A stretch of DNA of 64,000 nt. Source: a virus (Duplodnaviria > Caudoviricetes). This document shows, piece by piece, positions 8,343-17,619 of this stretch. How positions within the stretch are numbered: position 1 is the first letter of the stretch; every line of letters starts with the position of its first letter. Location: IMG/VR virus record IMGVR_UViG_2895427314_000003, positions 24,745 through 88,744 of that record, one strand, 5' to 3'. Made by a program: the position numbers and the translations under genes. Below the pieces are notes generated by a model that made no database searches, had not been told where the DNA came from, and saw nothing but the letters and a program-made list of their open reading frames with translations.

Positions 8343-8844
8343 GACCGCTGACTGGCCGTACGACGCCGACCAGCATGACCCGCTCACCAAGCTCCGCATC
8401 CCGGTGACGTGCTTCGTTCCGCGCTGGAAGTACGCGGCGTCGTTCGACCGGGAGTCTGAGGTGCGGCCCACCGACTGGGAGGCTGCGCAGCTCGTCTCGT
8501 TCATCGACGAGTATCGCGAGCACTGGTTCAACGAGACGTGGAAGGCGAAGCTCGCCGAGCGGCCGTTCGATATCGACAGCGGCAATCCCACCAGGATCTT
8601 CCACAAGTGGGCGGACGGTGACTGGTCCTACCGGGTGGTGACGTGGCAGTACGGGCCGGTGTGGGTGCCGGTCTTCCCTCGCCTGCGCGGCACGCACCTT
8701 GACGACCGTCCGAACTGGGCAGGCCCGATGACGCTGGTGCAGGTGATGGACCGCATCTACACCGTCGGTGGCGAGACGTTCAAGCACTGGACGGACTGGA
8801 AGGCCGCCCACCCTGAGATCTTCGGCGAGGTAAGCCGTGGCTGA
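8332..8844 (+). CDS. Hypothetical Trp-rich phage protein
   Basis: Overlapping ORF, coding-like composition. Confidence 0.7.
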   Translation: MMSETADWPYDADQHDPLTKLRIPVTCFVPRWKYAASFDRESEVRPTDWEAAQLVSFIDEYREHWFNETWKAKLAERPFDIDSGNPTRIFHKWADGDWSYRVVTWQYGPVWVPVFPRLRGTHLDDRPNWAGPMTLVQVMDRIYTVGGETFKHWTDWKAAHPEIFGEVSRG

Positions 8845-9061
8845 TCAGGAGAATCCACTCACCTGCGAGTACTTCCCGAACCACCCAGCAACGCAGGTGC
8901 TCTCCGCTGATCTCTTCGGCATGGGCAGGCACACCACGTTCTGCTGCGCCCAATGCGGCGACGAGCAGGAGGGGCACGTTCGCCGCATCGACCCGCACGC
9001 CGTCGTGTGGCGGTTCACCATCACCCCGATCACCCCGATCAAGGAGAAGGCTGATGCCTGA
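8837..9061 (+). CDS. Small Cys-containing protein
   Basis: Overlaps; C...H...CCAQC. Confidence 0.6.
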   Translation: MADQENPLTCEYFPNHPATQVLSADLFGMGRHTTFCCAQCGDEQEGHVRRIDPHAVVWRFTITPITPIKEKADA

Positions 9062-9323
9062 TGATCTGCACGTGCTGATCCGCCGAGCCATCAACGACCC
9101 CGGAACGTTCACCACGCGGCGGGAGGGCGAGACGGTTGGTGACTGGGCGGCGAGAGCGGTTCCGATCTCGCTTCGCTCGGGCGACGACGACATGGTGACC
9201 GTGATGGCCGGCGACATCGCGATCGCGCTGGCGTTCATGAAGCACGCTGGGGACGCCCCCAGAGACGTGGTACGGCGTCTCGCTACGGCCCTGGCAGAGC
9301 AGGGGATGACAGACCGTGCCTGA
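9054..9323 (+). CDS. Hypothetical phage protein
   Basis: Overlaps, AGGAG RBS. Confidence 0.65.
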   Translation: MPDDLHVLIRRAINDPGTFTTRREGETVGDWAARAVPISLRSGDDDMVTVMAGDIAIALAFMKHAGDAPRDVVRRLATALAEQGMTDRA

Positions 9324-9855
9324 CCTTCCCGAGGAAGCCGTCCAGGCCGCTGCGTCAGCGATCTCGCGGATGCTGTTCTCTGGCCAGCCGGAGTACGGGA
9401 CGTGGATGGAGCACGACGAAGACCTCGCCCGCGCGGCTGTCGAGGCTGCTGCTCCTGTCCTCGCCGCCCAGGCCTGTGTTGGTGAGCGAGCCCGCTGTAT
9501 CGCCGACCTCCGCGCCCGTGCCGCTACCGAGCGGGCGCTCCCGCAGGAGAGGCGCGCGGCAGGAGAACCGACCGTCGTCGCAGACCTATGGCAAGGCCAC
9601 GATCGGGCGATGAGTCTGGAGTGGGCGGCCGAGGTCCTCGCCACCGAGAACGGGGGAGCCCGTGATGGTGGCGAGCACGAGCACCGGCAGGCGGCTGAGC
9701 GTCTGCTGGACCTTGTCGACCCGAAGCGCCCCGGCTATGACCCTGACCGCTTCGACGCCTTCCTTGCCGACCACGGACTCGTCTACCACCCGCGCATGAG
9801 AGACACCCTGAAGGCGGCAGCTCACCTGATCGGAGGAGCCCATGAACCCCGCTGA
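9316..9855 (+). CDS. Hypothetical phage protein
   Basis: Overlaps; MPDLPEEAVQAA start. Confidence 0.65.
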   Translation: MPDLPEEAVQAAASAISRMLFSGQPEYGTWMEHDEDLARAAVEAAAPVLAAQACVGERARCIADLRARAATERALPQERRAAGEPTVVADLWQGHDRAMSLEWAAEVLATENGGARDGGEHEHRQAAERLLDLVDPKRPGYDPDRFDAFLADHGLVYHPRMRDTLKAAAHLIGGAHEPR

Positions 9856-10114
9856 GGTGATCGCTGAGGCTCGTATCGCCGCGTTTGAGGAACGCTGGGG
9901 TGACGGCTCCGCCTCCCGGGAGACGTTCTTTAAGGAGGCGCAGCGAGACCTGGACGCGTTGGCCGGCGCAGGCATGGTCGTCGTCTCCGCTGAGGACCTC
10001 CGCGCCGCCATCGAGGTCCTGGAAGCGGTGAACGACCCGTGGCGGTACATCACAGAGGAGCCGGACCTGCTCAACCGCCTCCGTGCCGCCCTACCCGAGA
10101 GGAGCGACCCGTGA
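9842..10114 (+). CDS. Hypothetical phage protein
   Basis: GGAGG RBS. Confidence 0.65.
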   Translation: MNPAEVIAEARIAAFEERWGDGSASRETFFKEAQRDLDALAGAGMVVVSAEDLRAAIEVLEAVNDPWRYITEEPDLLNRLRAALPERSDP

Positions 10115-10263
10115 GGTATGTGATCCAAGAGCACTACGACGACCTGCGACAGGTGTGCACCAACACAGGAGACTGCGACTGGCGCGGCGGCGTCAATGAC
10201 GAGCCGTGGAAGGTGTGCCCTCGCTGCTTCTCCGGGCTCGAGGCGGTGGGTCCTGGTGCCTGA
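10111..10263 (+). CDS. Small zinc-ribbon-like protein
   Basis: C....CDW...CPRC; GTGA overlap. Confidence 0.55.
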   Translation: MRYVIQEHYDDLRQVCTNTGDCDWRGGVNDEPWKVCPRCFSGLEAVGPGA

Positions 10264-10492
10264 GACGCTGCTTGACGATCTCCCGCTGGGCCTTTTCACC
10301 GTTGAGTGCGACGGAAGCGCCTGCGGGTCCGGCTCCGCCTTCGGCTGGCACGTCCACCTGGAGCAGCACGGCAGGGCTCCACTGGGGCGAGTCCGTGTCA
10401 CCGAGGGCAGACGCACCTACCTGACGGAGGTGCGGGAGCTGCCGACATCCGACGCCTTGCTTCTGGCGATTCAGGGAGCCGTCCGTGCCTGA
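10256..10492 (+). CDS. Hypothetical phage protein
   Basis: 8-nt overlaps with neighbours. Confidence 0.55.
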   Translation: MPETLLDDLPLGLFTVECDGSACGSGSAFGWHVHLEQHGRAPLGRVRVTEGRRTYLTEVRELPTSDALLLAIQGAVRA

Positions 10493-10697
10493 CTTCACCG
10501 CCGAGATCCGTCAACTCGTCACCCTGAAAGATGACGACCTGCAAGAGCGCGTTTACGTGGCCCGCCAGGTCCTGAATCGGGCGCACCGAGAAGGCTACGA
10601 GGAGGGCTACGAGCAGGCGATGCGGGACCGAGGGTTGGCCGACGTGATCGCCCGCCTCGAAACGCACGCCGCCCAACGTGAGGAGAACGATGTCTGA
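10485..10697 (+). CDS. Hypothetical phage protein
   Basis: GGGAG RBS, overlap. Confidence 0.6.
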   Translation: MPDFTAEIRQLVTLKDDDLQERVYVARQVLNRAHREGYEEGYEQAMRDRGLADVIARLETHAAQREENDV

Positions 10698-10968
10698 GCC
10701 CATCACCGTCTACATCGCTGAAGTGATCTGGTTCAGCGGTAACCCCGTGGACGGGCGTAAGCGCGTGGCCGTGGGTGCCAGCCTCGAAGCAGCCTTGAAC
10801 GCCCTCCGTACCGACGACATCTTCGGTGGCGACCTCGTGGCCACGACGGTCAACAATGCCGCTCTGGGGACCAAGGGAGCACGCACGTGGGCGGTGCACG
10901 AGCGCGACGAGGAACCCGACGACGAGGGCTGCCTGTGGATCACCGAGGAGAAGGTGACCCATGACTGA
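10690..10968 (+). CDS. Hypothetical phage protein
   Basis: GAGGAG RBS. Confidence 0.65.
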   Translation: MSEPITVYIAEVIWFSGNPVDGRKRVAVGASLEAALNALRTDDIFGGDLVATTVNNAALGTKGARTWAVHERDEEPDDEGCLWITEEKVTHD

Positions 10969-11506
10969 CGACTCCGTACAGCTCCGGGATGTCCTGAAGA
11001 GGGGCTACCAGAAGGCCGTTGCCGCCGAGTTGACCAGGCAGCGCACCCGTGCCGAGGAAGCCGAGCAGGACCGCGACCACTGGCGGGAACGTGCCGAAAA
11101 GGCCGAGCGCCGCCTGATCGAGATCCGCCGCTACATCGACGAGGACTTCCGGTTCTGGTGTTCCCCTAACGGCGTGGCAGGCCGGTACGCGAGAGACCTG
11201 GTCGCCTACATCGACCGCCTCGACGGGAGAGGGGAGGACGCCTACAGCATCGTCCGAGCCCAGTTGAAGGCCATCCGCGAGGAAGCCGCCGGCCTCGCTG
11301 CCAAGCTGGGCGAGGCCGAACTGGCGCTCGCCCGCATGGAGAACCTCAGGGACAAGTGGCTGGCGTGGCCGCCGGACGACATGCACCACGCGGCAGGGCT
11401 CATGCTGTCCAAGTACCTGGACGGCACCGCGTACGGCTCTGATGAGCCACGGCCTGACCCGCCCAGCCTGCCCCCTGAGACGACAGCCACCGAGGAGGAG
11501 ACGTGA
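10961..11506 (+). CDS. Coiled-coil hypothetical phage protein
   Basis: Heptad-rich segments; coupled. Confidence 0.65.
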   Translation: MTDDSVQLRDVLKRGYQKAVAAELTRQRTRAEEAEQDRDHWRERAEKAERRLIEIRRYIDEDFRFWCSPNGVAGRYARDLVAYIDRLDGRGEDAYSIVRAQLKAIREEAAGLAAKLGEAELALARMENLRDKWLAWPPDDMHHAAGLMLSKYLDGTAYGSDEPRPDPPSLPPETTATEEET

Positions 11507-11700
11507 CCACCGCTGAGGATCGCTGGCACTCCCGCCAGTGCGCCTACGGCCGGACCGGCGACCCAGAGGACGAGTGCCACTGCCCCGACCCGATCACCCC
11601 GGACGCGCCCCGCAAGACGTGCGGGCACACGATGGACACCTACTGCACCTGCTACCTGCTGGAGTACGTGAACCCGGACGACTACGGGCCGTTCGAGTGA
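11503..11700 (+). CDS. Small Cys-rich protein
   Basis: Multiple Cys/His; GTGA overlaps. Confidence 0.6.
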   Translation: MTTAEDRWHSRQCAYGRTGDPEDECHCPDPITPDAPRKTCGHTMDTYCTCYLLEYVNPDDYGPFE

Positions 11701-12086
11701 ACCTCCTCAACCTTGACGCCCCTCCCTTGTCGCCGATGCTGTGTCTGGGAGGCTGTGGCCGTCACCTGACTGCGCCGGAGTCGAGAAGGCGCGGTTTCGG
11801 GCCGGAGTGTGCCGAGAAGCTCGGGATCATCGACCCGCCAGGCCCGCGCTTCTCCCGCCGTTCTGGTGGATGCTGCGAGGGACAGGCCAACCTCCTGGAG
11901 GAAGCCATGCTGTACATCACCACGGACGCGAGCGACTTCTACCACCGCGACCAGGAATGTCCTGCCTTCCAGCGCGGACGCAACGCCAGCGCACCGAACA
12001 ACTACGAGAGCCACCCCATCCGCGAGGTCTCCGAAGAGGAGACAGCGAAGATGAGGCCCTGTACGACCTGCCTGGGGGAGACGTGA
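11697..12086 (+). CDS. DUF6011-like protein with extra C-terminal Cys/His domain
   Basis: C..CGR.LT.PESRRRGFGPECA signature. Confidence 0.7.
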   Translation: MNLLNLDAPPLSPMLCLGGCGRHLTAPESRRRGFGPECAEKLGIIDPPGPRFSRRSGGCCEGQANLLEEAMLYITTDASDFYHRDQECPAFQRGRNASAPNNYESHPIREVSEEETAKMRPCTTCLGET

Positions 12087-12457
12087 CCGACACGCGCGCC
12101 CAACTCCAGTACTGCCCTGAAGCGTTCGTCAGGATGCGCCTGGACGAGCGCGAGAAGGACGCCTGCGGGGCTCTTGAGATCAACCAGAAGGCCCGCGACG
12201 CCGGTCTGATGGGCTCGACCCTGTGGGAAGAGGAGGACGCAGCGATGCACGCCGTCCTCGCCGACGTGAAGTCGAAGCGGTGGATCCTCGACATCATCCA
12301 GCCCGACCTCGACGCGGGTACGCAGGTGTTCGGCCCTGATCGTGACGGGTTCGAGCGGTGGGGCAAGGCGTACCTGATCGCGTGCGCCCTCGCTGAGCCG
12401 TGGGCCGACCATGAGGACTACAGCCACAAGTGGGCGAAAGGGGAAGTCGAGCCGTGA
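12083..12457 (+). CDS. DUF6221-like protein
   Basis: VLADVKSKRWIL...LAEPWADHEDY..W pattern. Confidence 0.7.
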   Translation: MTDTRAQLQYCPEAFVRMRLDEREKDACGALEINQKARDAGLMGSTLWEEEDAAMHAVLADVKSKRWILDIIQPDLDAGTQVFGPDRDGFERWGKAYLIACALAEPWADHEDYSHKWAKGEVEP

Positions 12458-12816
12458 CTGACCGCGCGAAGGAACTCCAGGAGGCGATCGACTCCGCCAA
12501 CGAGGAGGGCTTCGCCTCCCTCGACCAGGCCGCCGCCGACGAACTGATGCGCCTGTGGGGAGACCTTCACGAGCAGATCCGCTTCGCCTACAACGGTTGT
12601 TGGTCAGCAGGGTGCGAGGATGTCGCCCGCCGAATCGCGGTCCTCACCCGAGCGCTGGGCAGGGCCACACCCTGGCAGCAGGTCCAGATCGAACTCGTGG
12701 AGACGGGCATCTACCAGAAGCTGCACGACCTGTTGGGGATCCCGTACGAGCAGCCCGACATGCAGGCGGTAGTCGAGGTGCGGGCCGAGCGGGAAGCGAG
12801 CCTCGCCGCGAACTGA
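12454..12816 (+). CDS. Hypothetical phage protein
   Basis: GTGA overlap. Confidence 0.7.
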   Translation: MTDRAKELQEAIDSANEEGFASLDQAAADELMRLWGDLHEQIRFAYNGCWSAGCEDVARRIAVLTRALGRATPWQQVQIELVETGIYQKLHDLLGIPYEQPDMQAVVEVRAEREASLAAN

Positions 12817-12966
12817 GGTGTCACCTGCACATACGTGGCATATTTGACCTTGGAAGCGAAGACGGCCCTCCACCCCCATGGAGAGCCGCCCCGTCCCACT
12901 ACCCTCGCTGAGCCTCATCCACCGCAGAACGAAGCCTCCCGTAAGCGTACATTCGGGGAGGCCGAA

Positions 12967-13752
12967 ATGTCCCAGCGCACCTACGACCTCGAACGCCTGT
13001 GTGCCGGCGCCTGCATGAACGGCTACCGGCGTAAGGTCCGCTCCTACGAGCACGCCTACGCCGTCTACCGCGCCGCCCATACGGAATGGCAGGCCGACGC
13101 CGCGGCGTGGCATGCCCCGCTCGTGTGGCCAGACGAGCCCGCCGAGCCGGAGGAGCCGCGCCTCCCGTACCGGATCGAGGGTGACCCGGTGTTCTGCCCG
13201 GACTGCGTGTACGCCTGCAAGTCGAAGCTGTCGAAGCTGGACGGCGCCGCCTGCGTGTACCTGCGGGAAGCGGACGGATTCCGAGGCCAGTCCGACCAGG
13301 CGAAGGTGTCGTCCAAGGGCAGCGAGCCGCCGTCGCTGTCGCCGGCCGTCGAGGACATCGACGAACTGGACGGGTGGCTGCGCGACTGGAAAGCCGCCTA
13401 CCTGGGGGCGGAGACGATGGCCAGGCAGGGCATGCTCGCCGACTCCGTCACCCTGGGAACGGCATGGCTGGTGGTGCGAGCGGAACGCATCCTCGCCCAC
13501 CCGGACCTGGCGCCCGCGTTCGGCGAGGAGGTCAACCGCTGGCACGGCAGGCTCGTCCGCTACGACCCGTCAGACGTTGTCGTCGAACCGCTCAGGGGAG
13601 CGCGCTGCGCGGAATGCAACGGTCTCACCCTGGAGCGGAAGGTGGGCGAGGACAAGGTGACGTGCCGGCGCCGTACCTGCGAGCGGGTCCTGAAGTGGTC
13701 GGAGTACCAGGAGTTGGTGGACGAGGCCAAGAAGGTACGTAAGGCATCGTGA
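12967..13752 (+). CDS. Phage protein with Cys clusters and C-terminal zinc ribbon, putative late-gene regulator
   Basis: CPDC, CAEC...C...C motifs; position at end of early operon next to an HTH gene. Confidence 0.65.
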   Translation: MSQRTYDLERLCAGACMNGYRRKVRSYEHAYAVYRAAHTEWQADAAAWHAPLVWPDEPAEPEEPRLPYRIEGDPVFCPDCVYACKSKLSKLDGAACVYLREADGFRGQSDQAKVSSKGSEPPSLSPAVEDIDELDGWLRDWKAAYLGAETMARQGMLADSVTLGTAWLVVRAERILAHPDLAPAFGEEVNRWHGRLVRYDPSDVVVEPLRGARCAECNGLTLERKVGEDKVTCRRRTCERVLKWSEYQELVDEAKKVRKAS

Positions 13753-13931
13753 TTGTGAACGCCTCCCCGAACTCTCCTCTCGATGTCGTGCGCATGCCCA
13801 ACGGGGATGTTCTGCTGCTGCCTGCAGTGTGGCCCGTGCGCCTCACGCCGGAGCAGCGTAAGGACCTCTGTGAACGGTTGTGCGGCGAGTCGCCTGGACA
13901 GGATTGGACAAGTCCATCGCGAGCGGTCTAA
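13749..13931 (+). CDS. Small hypothetical protein
   Basis: GTGA overlap. Confidence 0.5.
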   Translation: MIVNASPNSPLDVVRMPNGDVLLLPAVWPVRLTPEQRKDLCERLCGESPGQDWTSPSRAV

Positions 13932-14008
13932 CGTTGGGAAACAGCGGACGATCTATGCCCCGGAACGCTTCCAGCGCCGGGGCTTTCGCGTGTCTGGGGG
14001 TGGCCCGG

Positions 14009-14254
14009 ATGCGCTTCCACTACGACCCCGACGGCGAACCGTGCGTCACCCGGCAGCAAGCCGCCGATCTCAAAGGCGTGAAGCCGGCAACGGTGGATCG
14101 GTGGGTTCGCATCGGCTACCTCGCCCCGGTCCCCGGCTGTCCGCCGCGCCGGCGCTTGTTCAAGGTCGCTGACGTGGATGAGGCGGATCGCATGGCGTAC
14201 GAGGCTGCGGTCCGTACGTCGGGCAGCGGCAAGCGGGTCACCCGCGCAGCCTAG
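14009..14254 (+). CDS. MerR-like/excisionase-like helix-turn-helix protein
   Basis: VTRQQAADLKGVKPATVDRWVRIGYL...LFKVADV. Confidence 0.8.
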   Translation: MRFHYDPDGEPCVTRQQAADLKGVKPATVDRWVRIGYLAPVPGCPPRRRLFKVADVDEADRMAYEAAVRTSGSGKRVTRAA

Positions 14255-14485
14255 ACAGCCGTAGAGATTCCCATAGACGCGCGTCCCTTCGGTGCTGAGG
14301 GAGACGCGCGGCTCCGCAGGACGTGCCCCCATGGCCTGTGTCGAGCCCTCCCCAGGTCGCCCGGTCCCGTGTCTGCGAGGGTCGCGGGCCGGGCGGCCAA
14401 CCCCTCATCGTGCGGCCTGCCTCTTCCGGGGGGTTGGTGGCGGGCCGCACCACAACCCCCTGTACAGCCCCCTTGGAGATCACCG

Positions 14486-15127
14486 ATGAAGGTGTACGCC
14501 GCGATCAGCAACTACGACTCCTACGACTACGACGGTGGCTACGAAGTGGTCGGCGTATTTGCCGACCGGGTCGACGCCGAGCAGTGCGAACTCGCAGATG
14601 GAGTGCTGGCATTCGACGTGTTGGACGGCCCGGCGTACGTGCGGGACCGGCACGTGGTGACCCTGTACGACAGTCTTTTCCGTGGCCCCGAGCGGACGTC
14701 TTACCGCCGCATCGACACAGGCAACGGCGACACGCTGGAGGAGCACGGCTGGCGGGCCGTGTTCGAGACGTTCGACTCAGGTCGCGCGGACGCGAAGATG
14801 GCCGAGTGGCAGGCCGAACATAAGCGGCGCGCCGCCGAGTTCGTCGCCTCGCTGGACCGTATCGACGTGAAGGTCTGGTACGAGCCAGGTGACGGATATG
14901 CGTTGGTGCTGACGCCGCTGCACCTGCCGGAGAGAGCGCTGCGGGTGTCGCGTGACTTGATCACCGACCAGGCGGGCATGCCGCGAGGAGCGACCCTGCA
15001 TGCCCAGTGGTTCACCGTGGACACGTTGACGCTGGACCACATCGACGGGTTCAAGGTGTGCCGGGCCCCGGCCAAAGACGGGCTTGCGACGCTACCGACC
15101 GCGACCGCTTCCAGGGCGAGTTCCTGA
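14486..15127 (+). CDS. Hypothetical phage protein
   Basis: GGAG RBS before ATG 14486. Confidence 0.65.
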   Translation: MKVYAAISNYDSYDYDGGYEVVGVFADRVDAEQCELADGVLAFDVLDGPAYVRDRHVVTLYDSLFRGPERTSYRRIDTGNGDTLEEHGWRAVFETFDSGRADAKMAEWQAEHKRRAAEFVASLDRIDVKVWYEPGDGYALVLTPLHLPERALRVSRDLITDQAGMPRGATLHAQWFTVDTLTLDHIDGFKVCRAPAKDGLATLPTATASRASS

Positions 15128-15597
15128 TGGCCTCCGACGAGATGCTGTCCTGGCTGAAGGCGACGATCGAGGGCGACAAGGCGCTAGCCGAGGAGAACTT
15201 GGGTGAGGTCTGGGCCGCCGCCGACGACCGTGACGAAGGGTTCTTCATCGAGATCGAGGACGCCGGGGCTTTCGGCAAAGCCTGCGGGTGCTGCATAACC
15301 GGCACCCTGTGCGAGGTCGAAGCGAAGCACGTCGCTCTCCACGACCCGCGCGACACGATCGCCCGGTGTGAGGCCGAATTGTCGGTACTGGATCTCTTCG
15401 AGAAGCACGGCTACGCGCTCGGAGGGGCCTACTTTGGCGCGCTGCATGATGCGTTGGGCCGCCTGGTGGTGGGCTACCGCCACCGCGCCTGCCGACGGGA
15501 CACGCTTCGGAGGAAGCGGAAGAGGAAGAGATGTACTGGGACTACGACCCGGAGCAGGGCATGCGCCTCTGGGGTCCAGACTCGGAAGAGCCGATAG
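15127..15597 (+). CDS. DUF6221-like protein, C-terminus apparently out of frame or chimeric
   Basis: WLKATIEGD...HVALHDPRDTIARCEAE...YRHR then an atypical basic tail. Confidence 0.6.
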   Translation: MASDEMLSWLKATIEGDKALAEENLGEVWAAADDRDEGFFIEIEDAGAFGKACGCCITGTLCEVEAKHVALHDPRDTIARCEAELSVLDLFEKHGYALGGAYFGALHDALGRLVVGYRHRACRRDTLRRKRKRKRCTGTTTRSRACASGVQTRKSR

Positions 15598-15743
15598 AGG
15601 TTATCCCGCCCGCCCAATGCTGGCGCTGATCCCGTAGACCTCCGGGCGGGCTTGGTACGGCTTCTCTCACAACGATCAGCCGCACGCCTTCGCTTGGGCT
15701 TCCCTGGCCCGCCCGGACATCAACCACGCGGCTGCGGACTCAC

Positions 15744-15759
15744 TCGAATAGTCGTTCGA
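15744..15759. promoter_or_regulatory. Actinobacterial LexA (SOS) box candidate
   Basis: TCGAATAGTCGTTCGA, one mismatch to TCGAAC-N4-GTTCGA, just upstream of a TAGGCT -10-like hexamer and ATG 15782. Confidence 0.6.
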
Positions 15760-15781
15760 CCTCGCGGGTAGGCTCGCCCAC

Positions 15782-16009
15782 ATGCAAGACCCGCCCTCCG
15801 TACGTCTCCCTCACCACCCCGCCGGCGCAGGGCTCCTCCACCAGTGGAGAAAAACCCGGACGGGCCAGTGGGAAGCGCTGGTGGAGTACGTGCTGGACGT
15901 CCCCGGCTACAAGGGTGGGCTGGAACCCCACCGGTCCTGGCTGCAGGCGTACGAGGTAGAGCCGATCAAGGGCGTCGACTACTCACGGGTACCACGCTCG
16001 CGCGCCTGA
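15782..16009 (+). CDS. Small hypothetical protein, probably SOS-controlled
   Basis: ORF after SOS-like box. Confidence 0.65.
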   Translation: MQDPPSVRLPHHPAGAGLLHQWRKTRTGQWEALVEYVLDVPGYKGGLEPHRSWLQAYEVEPIKGVDYSRVPRSRA

Positions 16010-16013
16010 CCAC

Positions 16014-16322
16014 TCACTCAGCCACTGCAGCGCACCGGCAAGGCACCGTCACCAGAGTCCCGGCCTCTTCGTCGATGTGGGCGAGCTGACCGGATCCGAA
16101 GCACAACCGGCACAGGAATGCCCTGGCGATGAGCGGGTCCGTCCACACCTTGTGGTCGGTCGCGGTCGGCGGTGGAGGAGGCGGCTTCTCGCTCCGCTCG
16201 GCAGGCTCGTTGTCGCCTCCCACGGTGCCTTGCCCGCCGCAGAAGCGGCACGCCAGAAACAGCGGCCCGAACTGCTGCCCGCGCCGGCCTCCGCACTCCG
16301 GGCACGTGATGGGGTCGGTCAC
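16014..16322 (-). CDS. DnaJ-type zinc-finger small protein
   Basis: CPECGGRRG, CRFCGGQG, CRLCFGSG repeats. Confidence 0.7.
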   Translation of the reverse strand: MTDPITCPECGGRRGQQFGPLFLACRFCGGQGTVGGDNEPAERSEKPPPPPPTATDHKVWTDPLIARAFLCRLCFGSGQLAHIDEEAGTLVTVPCRCAAVAE

Positions 16323-16323
16323 G

Positions 16324-16473
16324 TCACGCCCGGCCGGTTCCGTTGCAGGTGTCGCACGCCACCCACTGGCGGTTGGCGCCCTTCTTGCCGTTCATCTCCA
16401 TCCACTCCCCGCCCGCACCGAGGCAGGTACCGCACACCGGGGGCGCTTCGTCGTCGTCACCTTGCTTCGCCAT
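16324..16473 (-). CDS. DnaJ-type zinc-finger mini-protein (49 aa)
   Basis: CGTCLGAGG and CDTCNGTG. Confidence 0.7.
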   Translation of the reverse strand: MAKQGDDDEAPPVCGTCLGAGGEWMEMNGKKGANRQWVACDTCNGTGRA

Positions 16474-16600
16474 GCCCGCACCGTAACGGCGCAGGCACAC
16501 GCTGTCTGTGACTACTGAGTTCGACACCTGTACTGCCAACACAGCCGCGTCCGAAGGCCCGCCACTGTGCGGGCCTCCGTCATGTCCGGAGGTGATCGGC

Positions 16601-16888
16601 GTGCGCGAGGAGTACAACCCCGCAGTTCACGGCTCCTACGCGTCTTGGCTCCGCAACAAGGGAGTCCAGACCCGCGCCAGCGGATGGACGAACGCCACCC
16701 ACGACCAGGTGACGGAAGGCCGTGACCGGTTCGGCCAGCGCTTCAAGCGCACCACCGACCAGCTCGGCCATGACGTCATCCAGCACGGCAACGACCAGCA
16801 GTCCGTCATCGCGCGCATCCAAACCGTCCGCGCACACGTTCCCGCCTCCGCGTCGAAGAGGGAGATCACCGATGTCATCGAGCGCTGA
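16601..16888 (+). CDS. Small phage protein, paralog of 40018-40248
   Basis: GGAGGT RBS; SYA..LR.KG.Q.R..GWT.AT.DQV......G.RFKRTTDQ.GH shared. Confidence 0.75.
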   Translation: MREEYNPAVHGSYASWLRNKGVQTRASGWTNATHDQVTEGRDRFGQRFKRTTDQLGHDVIQHGNDQQSVIARIQTVRAHVPASASKREITDVIER

Positions 16889-17096
16889 GCGCGCCGCCGA
16901 ACTACGAGCACAGGCCGACGCTCTCGACGCGATGGCCGGCCTCGAAAACGACCTCCTGGCCGCGAAGGAGAGCGGCGACAAGGCCGCCATCCGGGAGGCG
17001 TCTCTCGCGCTGCGGGAGGCCCGATCCCAGACCCGCACCGAGGGCACGACGGTCGGCGGCGACGCCTTCGTCAGCCCCACTTCTGAGGAGGTCTGA
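16872..17096 (+). CDS. Small helical phage protein
   Basis: GGGAG RBS, ATG 16872. Confidence 0.7.
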   Translation: MSSSAERAAELRAQADALDAMAGLENDLLAAKESGDKAAIREASLALREARSQTRTEGTTVGGDAFVSPTSEEV

Positions 17097-17098
17097 TC

Positions 17099-17551
17099 AT
17101 GGCTGTCACCGCTTCGGGCATCTACATCGCCACGATCGTGGACGTGTTCGACGACACCCAGCTCGGCCTGGACCTGTCGTCGGAGACACAGCTCAAGGTC
17201 GCCCTCTTCACGAATTCGATCACACCCAACTTCAGCTCGGACACCGCGTACGGCGTGTCCCCGTACAACGCGAACGAAGTCAGCGGCACCGGCTACACCG
17301 CCGGTGGGGCAACGCTCACCACCACCACATTCACGGGCAGCTCCGGCTCGACCACGTTCGACGCGGCCGACTCCTCCTGGGCGTCTTCGACGATCACGAA
17401 CGCCCGCGCCGCCCTCATCTACGCCGACGGCCTGGCGGGCGACAACGCGGTGGTACTCCTCAACCTGGGCCAGGATTACAGCACGTCAGCGGGCACGTTC
17501 CTCCTGCAGTACAGCGGGTCCGGCATCTTCACGGTCGATTGGACGCCGTGA
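17099..17551 (+). CDS. Putative virion structural protein, paralog of 40260-40727
   Basis: K.ALFT.S..P.F.....AYG.SP.N..E.SG.GYTAGG..L shared. Confidence 0.75.
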   Translation: MAVTASGIYIATIVDVFDDTQLGLDLSSETQLKVALFTNSITPNFSSDTAYGVSPYNANEVSGTGYTAGGATLTTTTFTGSSGSTTFDAADSSWASSTITNARAALIYADGLAGDNAVVLLNLGQDYSTSAGTFLLQYSGSGIFTVDWTP

Positions 17552-17619
17552 CCACCTGCCGCTGACACCCACCCGACCCTCACCGCCTCCGGGCGGTTTT
17601 CTGCTGTTCGGGGGCGGGC

